This document shows positions 13,210 through 24,300 of a stretch of DNA of 64,000 nucleotides, piece by piece. The notes below the pieces were generated by a model. It was not told the DNA's origin, ran no database searches, and was given only the letters and a program-made list of their open reading frames with translations. Origin of the DNA: Phallusia mammillata (taxonomy: Eukaryota); the NCBI GenBank assembly GCA_965637545.1, contig OZ281494.1, positions 3,410,001 through 3,474,000 on the forward strand, in the 5' to 3' direction. Made by a program: the position numbers and the translations under genes. The first letter of the stretch is position 1. The number at the start of each line of letters is the position of its first letter.

Positions 13210-16200
13210 ATGGGTTTGAATTTGTCATTTAACATTAAATCTTGCTTTGTCTATTTCTGGATGTTGATCTTCGCTTCAGGCATTCGGGAAACTGTGCAAC
13301 AACACCCTGAACACTGTGGTAAGCGTTTGTTTTGATTTTATCGACCAAGTATGGTGTATTATGTTTAAAATGCCTGCTACCGTACCAAAACCTCCAGTCA
13401 GGATAACTGAGTGGAGAGTTGTAAGAATGCCGTGTTTTTACCAAAAACTAAAGGAGTTTAATTTTGTATTTCTTAATTTGTTTTTGTTTTTGTACCCTTA
13501 CTCTGCTTTTATCCCCTTACACTGTATTTGCTCGTTACATTTTGGGTTTAAGCATTGGATCGTCAACAAGTTTTTATGCAAACAAAACTTTTTGAACATA
13601 CAGTGCATGGGAAATTGAATTTTCTTTTCAAACATTTCATATCAGATTTTTTTTATATTTTACGATAACGAAAACATGCAATTGTGTTTGTTTATCAGAT
13701 CGTGGACCAAACAACTGTACAGTGTTTTTGTGCGACGTCGAAAGTAGCAAAGCATCCTGCGGTGAGTATGATCGTACAAATGCACTTACTGAGTGTCATT
13801 ATCAGCTATGTAGTTTGCTTAACTACCTTTTATGCTTGGCCCATAATGGTTCGTAAATTCCATATCTTATCAACATAGCAAGCTTTCTTTAACTTGTTGT
13901 GACACTTATGCGTTTTGAAAAGTGCATGTTTCTTTTTTGACAGTCTTTGCTCCACGCAATGTGTCTGAGTCGGTTTATATTGGCGTTGTTAAAAAATGTG
14001 AGTATTTCAATTATTTGCACATTCCATGTGACTTGAAATGAAAGTTTTGCAATGTTGTTTTAAAAGTTACTGCGGGCGCTGCTTCTGCACAGCTGGAGAT
14101 CTTTATTACCGGAGGTAAGCACCAAATTATCTTATTTGTAGTAATCACACATTTTATTGTCAATAATTGATACTAAAGTAAATCACCATCAAATTTAACG
14201 GAGTCTGTATGAGCAACTTAAGGCATATGTTGAAAACGTGGAATAAGTTTGTTACATTAAATCTCTTACAGAGCTAAGTTGTTGGGATTCGAGTTGTTGT
14301 ATGACAAACTTTACCCACATACCTGAAGATGTTGCGGTGAAACTTCAATTGTTAAGCGAAGGTAATTAGATAGTGAAATATAAATACTTACCTCCTTAAA
14401 GTGCGCAAATAATAAATGTTGAACTATTTCCAAACTAGGTACAAATCAAGAAGGTTGCAATATATAGGATATGTTGCATTTGAATGTTAAATGCATAGTA
14501 AATACAATAGGTTTAAATTTATACTCTTTTAACTTTTAGTTCCACGATCTGCATAACATACTTGTGCAAACTGATTATTATATTATGCGTACAATTACAT
14601 CTGTTTGGCAGATTCATTACATGAAGCCTTTGAAATTGAGACCATTGTTATAACGGATTTCCAACCTTGTAAGTATTTACATTGTTATTAATAGGTTTTG
14701 TGTCAAAATTACATGAAAAGACACTTATAAATTTGTGCCACTAAGTCTGTTTATTTTCTGTTTGGTGATGAAAGCATAATACAGTTACGTGGGTGAATAA
14801 TGTACGGACAGACGGGTGTGTAGTGTAAGATACAAACAAAGGACAAACACCAGTATGGTTAAATTTCTTAACTGAAAAGATGTATTTGCAAAGGTTTTCC
14901 TGGTGTCGATGCGGTGACATTGCCACAGAAATTGAAACAGAATTTCAACAAGTGCCTTAATTTATCATTATATTGTCGTAAGTAATTTTTCATTATGATA
15001 ACATAGCAATTACTGGAATCAAAAATTCTTTTTTCGTACCTCATGCATCTAGAAAATAAGCACGTTCAGACCAAAACGATGTGATTTTTTAAAGCTTTAT
15101 CAAACCCGAATAAACCAACCGCAGAACCACCAAACAAAAGTCCAAGCACACAAAAACCAATGACCAACCCTACTACAAAACAACCAACGATAAACCCAAC
15201 CACGTATCCAATAAGGGAGGGTATGTAAAAAAAGCATATAATTTGCCAGATTGAATATTGTGCTTCATTGACAATAAAACGTAACGTGCACTTTTTTGAC
15301 TAAAAAAAAACAATAGACAATTACTTTCAAATGTTGGTTAAATATAGTTTAAAAGTCTTTCATTTTCTAGAATTGGAATTTCTGGATAGATTTGTACTTT
15401 CGGAACCAAACAGTGTGGATGCTTTGGAGGAAATTGAAAAACAACTGGCAGATGTTGCAATATATTTTGCATCAATGAACGAATCAATTTCTGACGTTAG
15501 AAATTCTCAACTGCACCAAGTTTTTAAAATCAACCAAACTGAATATAACAAAAACTTCCAACTGGGGTCGTCGCACATAAGCATCTCATTCCAGACACTT
15601 AACGTAAAAAGAATTGTAACTTCCGTTCTCACCTTTCAAACAAATCGAACCGAAACAGTACAGACTCAACCCAACATACAAGGATCCCTTACTCAAACGC
15701 AATACATAGCTGCTGTAAATAGCACTTATATTGCTGTGGTTGGTTGGGATGCTGATCAACTTCTTAATTCAACCACCAGTCCCACGGTAGAAAACAATCA
15801 GCTACCCGGAAATGTGAGTTTCGTCATACCCCCAACGTCACCAACAACCATCTGCAAGCTGATCAAAGCGGGACATATATTCAATGCCAAACTAAATTTC
15901 AAAAAACTTGAACCAATCTGTCTCTTCTTCGACAGAGTTGATCGAAAATACTCAGACCGCGGTTGCGTCACAACCACTCATGACGTAACAGGCAACGTCA
16001 CTTGCAAGTGCAACCATCTTACTTTGTTCACAGTTTTACTGGCTGTCCAATCCACCACCATACCAAAGGGGGTCAAGGTAAAGATTTGAATGTGAATTTT
16101 GAAGCTATTGCTCACATTTATGCAGCATTTTTTTTTCAGATCACATCTTACACCACAGAATCAACTTCAGTCGTGTTTCTGATCTCCACCATAATAATCC

Positions 16201-17498
16201 TTTACAAATCGAAACACAACGGAGATCGGGTTTCTGTTCAAATCAGTTTGTCACTGGCTCTTCTGCTTTTCCACGCTGTCAACATATCACATGATCTTGC
16301 CGTGATGCATGAGATTCCATGCGTGATTCACACAGCAGTCAATCAATATCTTCTGCTATCTTCAGGTATATGAAGTAACAAACCAATTTACGATTTTAAG
16401 CGTTGATTTGTTCTGACGCAATATTTGTTGTAGGAATATGGTTGCTAATGGAAGGTATTCGTCTCTTTATGGCGACGTCGTATCCAGTCAAGTTCCGAAC
16501 CCAAAATCCGTCAAAACGTCTTAAAATCTTCATGATGATTGGTTGGATTGTTCCAGTCTTTGTAGTGGGAACATCCATGGCAGTGGGTTTTCCCCTCGAC
16601 ATCTACATGAAGCTCCAACCATTGTACGAGCAATGTAACGAATTTATACAGGTTCCAAAGTACGACAGATGCTGGTTGGCTCCCGGTACTCCAATCTTCT
16701 ACTCTTCGGTCATCGCTCCTCTTGCTCTCGTCATCCTCATCAACTTCATGATCATCCTGAAGACGACACATGTGATGCTGCACTCGAGGAAGATGCGGAA
16801 CAGAGGAGGTCCAGGGAGAGGAGATGCGTTGAGAGCAGCAAAGTCTTTCATGTTGCTCTTCTTCATGCTTGGTGGAGCTTGGGTTTTTGCTTTCTTTACG
16901 GGTAATATTTATGCGTGTGAACTTTTTAATTTTATTTGCAGCTGCATCAACTTAGGGTTATATCTTAACTACGAATCTCTTTTGACTTTTAGGGTTATAT
17001 CTTTAACTAGGAATCTGTTTTGTAGGTGTTGGAAACGAGATTTCGAACGAGGTGATCATGTACATCCACAGCTTGGTGAACGGATCGCAGGGAATTGTCG
17101 TCTTCCTGCTGTACTGCGTCATGGATGACGACATCAGACAGGAAATGCTGACGTGCAAGCGTGAAGCTGATGTTGGGCCGAAGCAGCAGAGAAACGGGGC
17201 CAAATCAAACGGAGGTGAAAGTTCAAATGCTAAAGGGGGTGAAATTTCAAAGGCGGAAATGGGTGAAAGTTCAAATGCGGAAAGGGGTGAAAGTTTAAAT
17301 GCGGAAAGGGGTGAAAATTCAAATGCGGAAAGGGGTGAAAGTTCAAATGCGGAAGAAGGTGAAAGTTCAAATGATGAAGGAGGTGAAAGTTCAAATGCGG
17401 AAGAAGGTGGAAGTTCAAATGCGGAAGAAGGTGAAAGTTCAAATGCTAAAGGGGGTGAAAGTTCAAATGCAGATGGAGGTAAGAGTTCAAAGATCTAG
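13210..17498 (+). CDS. Adhesion GPCR type A1: signal peptide, unassigned 10-Cys ectodomain, P/T stalk, GAIN/GPS, 7TM, repeat tail; about 834 aa, intact
   Basis: Exons: 13210-13318, 13699-13761, 13944-13997, 14067-14114, 14272-14361, 14612-14668, 14894-14977, 15095-15220, 15371-16077, 16140-16365, 16434-16901, 17026-17498. All introns are GT-AG, phases are consistent, total 2505 nt open. N-terminus MGLNLSFNIKSCFVYFWMLIFASG is hydrophobic. GPS reads GCVTTTHDVTGNVTCKCNHL/TLFTVLL. Secretin-like motifs include WLLMEG, CWL and VNGSQGIVVFLLYC. Confidence 0.9.
17214..17498 (+). repeat. Coding 24-bp tandem repeat (about 11.8 units, GESSNAEx) in the A1 cytoplasmic tail
   Basis: Unit GGTGAAAGTTCAAATGCGGAAAGG or variants repeated 11 times, plus a partial unit ending in the stop codon. 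Confidence 0.95.
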
Positions 17499-17576
17499 TT
17501 CGCAGATGCGCTGATCAATAACAATCGTCATGAGTTGTCTCAGTCGAACTAGAATTGAGGTGTAGCTTATATGAAC

Positions 17577-18098
17577 CAGGGAGTCGAACCGGAACTGAAC
17601 CCGAACCCGCGAACCGGTTTGAGCGGTTAATTTCATTAAACCCGAACCGAACCCGAACCGCTAATTGCGATTTTCTTAAAACCCGAACCGGTGTTGAACC
17701 CCGTATTTTGTTTGGCGTTGGACCCGAACCGAAACCGAACCAGTAAAAAATGCAGTCTGATTTACATTTTGTGATTTTTTTTTCAAAACAGCACACTGAA
17801 GAATACGCGACATAACATTTATAGGGCGTGTCAAAAATAACAGTGCACGGGCAAATTTTTTTTGGAGTTTGATAAGGCCAGGTAATGATGGGCAGAATTA
17901 AATTGAAACCAATAAAAAATTGAACCGGTTTAAAAACCGCAAACCGGTTCGAACCGGATAATTTGCCCAAACCGGAACAAAACCCGAACCCGAAAATTTA
18001 CATTTTTAAAGACCTGAACCGAACCCGAACCCTTAAAAACAAAACCAAGTGAACCCGAACCGAACCTGAACCCATATGACAAGCGGTTCGACTCCCTG
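17577..18098 (+). mobile_element. hAT MITE (CAGGGAGTCGAACC family)
   Basis: Perfect TIR CAGGGAGTCGAACC/GGTTCGACTCCCTG. 8-bp TSD atatgaac at 17569-17576 and 18099-18106. Confidence 0.95.
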
Positions 18099-18899
18099 AT
18101 ATGAACCTCCAAGATTTTCACATAATTACATTACATCGTTTCAACCGCTTAGTGTCTTCTTGGCGTTGGAGGTTAGTGAATAATGCTCCTAATGTATCTC
18201 TTATCAGTCAATTACAAGTCGTGTGTTTGTTTTTTAACTTCTGATTTTTTTGGGATTTTTTTTACTTTGATTTTTTTTGTGTGTATTTGTGTCGTGGGTT
18301 TATAATAATTGCACAGTGGAATATGTAATTTGTGCAACGCTTGTGCCTTGCACTTTGGAACGCATTTTCGTCTTATTTTACACGCTGACACTGTCACGCG
18401 TTTGAAATGCCTACATGTGAGCTTCATTTCGGCTTCTCTGGGCACCAGTGAACGTTAATATCCCAAAACTTATCAGGAAAAAACATGAATTGTAATACCA
18501 CAGCTCCTCCACCGATGTAGTGTTGTTGCGTTTTGTTGTCATCACATCACATGCCTTTTTGACCCTTTGCACTGAGAACGACTGCATTGATATCATGTTA
18601 TATGCGCGTGATAATAAACGAGTGTGAATGTGTAATAAACTAGTGACTGATTTTTGAAATGTGTGTTTCTATGGGTTCTTTAATTAAAAATTTAGAACGT
18701 GTAAACACAATTTAAGATGCGGATTTGCATGTATTTTAGACAATACTGGGGCATACTAATAATATAGTCTTAAATGCATAAGATTTGTTAACATTGGTCT
18801 TGCGTAGGAAGTAGGCAATATTGTTTGAACATTTGACCGCATTTTATGTTCAAACAAACGTACAAGATATATAAGCTATTGCTGTCAGGCATAATATCA

Positions 18900-20675
18900 A
18901 GTTTGTAGAGCTCTACTGGCAAATGCAATTTTATTCCGACGTTTCGACGTCCTATACAGGTCGTCTTCATCAGGGTAAATAACACTGAATGCGACTAGTA
19001 CAATGCAAACAAAGAAAAAAAGAATGAAACGCAAGCACGTCACAACGCAAAGAAAACACAGCGCGATAAGGAATGATTGGGCCTCTAATCTTAAAGCAGG
19101 TGGCCTGTATCACGCTGAAAGCATCACGTCTGTTTTGATGTTCATTGTGTTGCCCCTTGGTGAATATTCCATGACTCATAATCTATTACTGTAGTCAGGC
19201 TCCCGGGCCACAACAGACGCCCCATTGAAATCAATACGGTGGCCTTGTGATACCGCGTGAATGGAAAGGGCCGACTTCTTCGCGTCGCTGTTGACAACAT
19301 CCAGTTGATGTTCTTTTCGGCGGGTGTTGAGTGACCTTCCCGTCTCCCCGATATATAAGACGGACACTCGGCGCAGTGAATAGAATAAACAACACCACGT
19401 TGTTCAAAGGTGTTGATTGGATCTTTCGGGTGACTCAGTAGCTTGCGGAGACGCCAACCACTACGTCGAAGTCACACAACATACGCCGTAGAATATTCGT
19501 CAGTTTCGGTATGTACGGAAGTGTCACAAAACCATCTGTTTTTGGATGGGTCACCTGTTTGGGACAAGTTGCCCGTCGATCAAGGAGAATCTAGTTGACG
19601 TAGCCGTTATCTTTCAAGGCTTTACGAAACCAGTTCCGCCTCGCAGTCGTCGCTATGAGTGCACAAGCGTCGTGCCTGATCTTTAAGGGAACGAAACGAA
19701 CCACCCCTCTTTTCTGGTATGTGGGTGATGAGATCGAAAATTGAGATACCTGCCGGTACTCGTTGGCTTGTGGTACACTCTCGAGCACAAGACACCGTCA
19801 TCGGTTCTTGTGACTTGACCATCTAAAAGTGAAAGACAATTTACCGATTGGAGTTCCATGGTAAACCGAATGCCTGGTTGGGCCTCGTTGAGATGCCGTA
19901 GAAATGCCTCAACCTTGTTCTTAGCAATGACACAAAAAATGTCGTCGACATATCGCCGCCAGAATCTTGGTGGGTTGACAAATGTTGATGAGGCTTTTTC
20001 CTCAGGCGCTTCCTTTGTCATGTTTATGACAACCACAGGCACCGGGGATCCCATCGCTGTGCATTGAACCTGCTGGTAAAAGCTTCCCTCGAATGTTAAA
20101 AAGGATTGCTTCAAGCAAATCCGCTAACCGTCCACAATATCCATCGGGGGCAAAGGTGTTCTGTCTTTTGGGCTATGGTCGTTTAAAATCATAGATGACG
20201 CGATGTTCATCGCCAATTCCACAGGAACACTTGTAAAAAGTGACACGACGTCATACGACATTTATCTCTTCGTTGGACAGGGGCGGCAACTGTAAAATCT
20301 CTTGAACAAACTTGGAGGAGTTCGGAACAGTCGAATCTGTATTGCCCACGAGCGGAGAGATAAATTTCGCTAAGTACTTCGCAAGATTGTAGGTTGGAGA
20401 ACCAACAAACGAAACAATTGGTCGCAGAGGGATGCCTTCCTTGTGGTTTTTTTGGTAAGCCGTAGATGCGCAGGGCGGAACCGTCCGCGTTATGCAGTTG
20501 ATGGAATAAGGCCTCACAAATGCATCGTCTCAATGTGTGCAATTTCCCCACGAACTTATTAAGGACGCGTTCCGACTTACGTGTTGGATCACGCTTTAAA
20601 CGCTTGTAAGTCGAAGTATCCAGTAATAAATGTCTGACTTGATTGTAAATGTCACCAAACCCTACGTATCGCCTT
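18900..20675 (-). mobile_element. Penelope-like retroelement remnant (RT + GIY-YIG endonuclease), frameshifted and 5'-truncated
   Basis: ORF fragments: GIPLRPIVSFVGSPTYNLAKYL, TAMGSP, FWRRYVDDIF, YHKPTSTGRYLNFRSHHP, and the GIY-YIG motif VLYIGETGRSLNTRRKEH. A hammerhead motif lies in the 3' terminal region. Boundaries are approximate. Confidence 0.9.
18931..18982 (-). ncRNA. Minimal type I hammerhead ribozyme motif of the Penelope-like element
   Basis: Minus strand reads TTATTTACC-CTGATGA-A-GACGACCTGTATAGGACGTC-GAAAC-GTC-GGAATAA. The CUGAUGA and GAAA core is intact. Stem II is GACG/CGTC plus CCT/AGG. Helix III is loopless (AC/GU), as in PLE hammerheads. Confidence 0.75.
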
Positions 20676-21328
20676 ATAAGTGTGTATTAATCCAAAAAGT
20701 CAACGAGGTTCATAATTGTGAATATTTTTATGTGTTTTGATACCTGTAGCGTCTAATTTCACTATAAATTTCTGTGAATTGTCTTGGCGAAACACAGCAC
20801 GTAATCAGCTTCCTACCAAGCTGATGTATCATTGTGTGTTGTCATAAATGCAGAGCAAATGTCTTACTAGCAAATTTTGCCAATATTTACATACTGATGC
20901 AATTTGCTGCTACTGTTTCTGGAGTTGTAAGTCGGGTAAGGGGTTTAAGGTCAGGTTGAGTTTATTTCGCTCGGTGAAAAAATCGCAGTAACACAATTGC
21001 ACTAAAATATTCACCTTGCCAGAGGTTCGGGTGTGAAAAGAAACTGGGTCAATTCGGGCCTGACGCGCTAACATTTCACCTTGGTTAAACAAGTTTTAGG
21101 GCAGAGGTCAGGTTTTTTTTTTAAAAAATATTTCGGAATAGGTTTTTATTATTGTACCTTCGGATTTGGGCTGCAATTTCGGGCAGCTTACAACTCTGCT
21201 ACAAATGAAAACATGTTCGGTTGCAGATTTTTTTCGTAAGTTAGTTGATTTACGTGTTTATTGGTCGTTAGATAACACAACATGAGGTTCGTTTGTTAAC
21301 GTCAGCCGTCATAAACGATCATAAACGA

Positions 21329-24300
21329 CGGGAAACTGTGCAACAACACCCTGAACACTGTGGTAAGCGTTTGTTTTAATTTTATCGACCAAGTATGGTG
21401 TATTATGTTTAAAATGCCTGCTACCATGCAAAAACCTCCAGACAGGATAACTGAGTGGAAAATGGGAAGAACGGCGTGTTTTTTATCCAAAAACTAAAGG
21501 AGTATAATTTTGTCTGAATGCGTTTTTGTACCCTTACTCTGCTTTTATCCCCTTACACTGTATTTGCTCGTTACAATTTGGGTTTAAGCATTGGATCGTC
21601 AAGTTTTTATGCAAATAAAACTTTTTGAACATACAGTACATGGGAAATTGAATTTTCTTTTCAAACATTTCATGTCAGATTTTTTTATTTTACAATAATT
21701 AAAACATGCAATTGTGTTTGTTTATCAGATCGTGGACCAAAAAACTGTACAGTGTTATTGTGCGAATATAAAAGTAGCAAAGTATCTTGCGGTGAGTATG
21801 ATTGTACAAATGTACTAATTGAGTGTCATTATCAGCTATGTAGTTTGCTTAGCTACCTTTTATGCTTGGCCCATAATGGTTCGTAAATTTCGTATCTTAT
21901 CAACATAGCAAAGTTCCTTTAACTCGTTGTGACACTCATTCGTTTTAAAAAGTGCATGTTTCTTTTCTGACAGTCTTTGCTCCACGCAACGTGTCTGAGT
22001 CGGTTTTTCTTGGCATCGTTACAAAATGTGAGTATCCTAATTATTTGCACATTCCATGCGACGTGAAATGAAAAGTTTTGCAATGTTGTTTTAAAAGTTA
22101 CTGCGGGCGCTGCTACTGCACAGTTGGAGATCTTTATTACCACAAGTAAGTACCAAATTATCTTATTTGTAGTAATCACACATTTTAGTGTCAATAATTA
22201 ATACTAAGGTAAATCAGCATCAAATCTAAACGGAGACAATATGAGCAACTTAAGGCATATATATGTTCAAAACAAGTTTGTTACATTAAATCTCTTACAG
22301 AGCTAAATTGTTTGGAATCGATTTGTTGTATGACAAACTTTACCCACATACCTGAAGATGTTGCGGTGAAACTTCAATTGTTAAGCGAAGGTAATTAGAT
22401 AGATAAATATGAATACTTACCTCCTTAACGTGCGCAAATAATAAACGTTCAACTATTTCCAAAGTAGGTACAAAGCAAGAAGGTTGCAATATATAGGATA
22501 TGTTGCATTTGAATGTTAAATGCATAGTAAATACAATAGGTTTAAATTTTTACTCTTTTAACTTTTAGTTACACGATCTGCATAACATACTTGTGCAAAC
22601 TGATATGATATTATGCGTACAATTACCTCTGTTTGGCAGATTCATTACATGCAGCCTTTGGAATTAAGACCATTGTTACAACGGATTTCCAACCTTGTAA
22701 GTATTTACATCGTTTTTTCAATTGTTATTAATAGGTTTTGGGTCAAAATTACATGAAAAGACACTTATAAATTTGTGCCACTGAGTCTGTAATTTTCTGT
22801 TTGGTGATAAAAGCATAATACAGTTACGTGGGAAATTATTTACGGACCGATATGTTTGTAGTGTAAGATACAAACAAAAGACAAACACCATTATGTTTAA
22901 ATTCCTTAAATGAAACGATGTATTTCCAAAGGTTTTCCTGGTGTCGATGCGGAGACATTGCCACAGAAATTGAAACAGAATTTCAACAAGTGCCTCAATT
23001 TATCATTATATTGTCGTAAGTTAATTTTCATTATGATAACATAGCAATCACTGGAACAAAAATTCTTTTTTCGTACCTCATGCATCTAAAAAATAAGCAC
23101 GTTCAAACCAAAACGATGTGATTTTTTAAAGCTTTATCAAATCCGAATATGCCAACCGCACAACCACCAAACCAAATTCCAAGCACACAAAAACCAATGA
23201 CCAAGTCAACTACAAAACAACCAACGATAAACCCAACCACGTATTCAATACAAGAAGGTATGTAAAATGCGCTTATATTTTGCCAGATTGTATACTGTGC
23301 TTCATTGACAATAAAACGTAACGTACACTTTTTTGACGAAAAAAAAACAATAGACCAGTGGTTCTCAAACTTTTTTTGTTGCGACGCCTCTGGAAAAGTT
23401 TTCTGGACTTGCGACGCACCATCAAATAAAAGTTAATGAGGAAACTTATCAATAAACAGTTAAGCACTTAGAGAACAATCTTAGCCTAACTGTTTTTCGA
23501 CAAAGTTATAAGACTGCACTCAACACTTTCAGTACACCCGGCAATCACGTGCGGGCTTTTGTTAATTGTTTCAATTATTGCGCACAGTTGCATTGTCTTG
23601 TCTGCAGCAAGGCCTTAACAGCATCAATAACGAATTACAACGAAAGTAATGTTTCACCTTACGCACAATACAAACTGATGCAAAAAAATTTACTGCTGTA
23701 ACTCATGCACAATAATTACTTCAAACTTTGCTGACAATTATAAGTTATAACTACCTCAAGCCTTTGAAGCGAGAATCCGTTCACATAATCAAGTTTAATG
23801 CCCGCCAAGCGTCGCCCCAGACACGCGCCTATCACGCACTTGTTGCTTGTACTGTTTGGTCTCAACGGACAGCCGCATTTTTGATCAAAAACTTATTGGG
23901 TAAATTTACGTCAATCCGCACTCTACACAAAAAGTATTTGGACGTAGATATACGTCAACCGCACTGAAACCTCATTTTTACGAGATAAACTGAGTTCAGC
24001 CACGAAACGGAAATATTCTGCGACGCCCTTGGAAAATAGAAACGACGCACCAGGGCGTCGCAACGCACAGTTTGAGAACCACTGCAATAGACAATTACTT
24101 TCAAATGTTGGTTAAATATAGTTTAAAAGACTTTCATTTTCTAGAATTGGAATTTCTGGATAGATTTGTACTTTCGGAACCAAACAGTGTGGATGCTTTA
24201 GAGGAAATTGAAGAACAACTGGCAGAAGTTGCAATATATTTTGCAACAAAGGACGAATCAGTTTCTGACGTTAGAAATTCTCATCTGCACCAAGTGTTAA

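Noticed and set aside
17230-17514. Alternative-frame and antisense repeat ORFs (MRKGVKIQ..., MNFHLLPHL...)
   Set aside because: Frame shadows of the 24-bp coding repeat; the GESSNAE frame is the one continuous with TM7.
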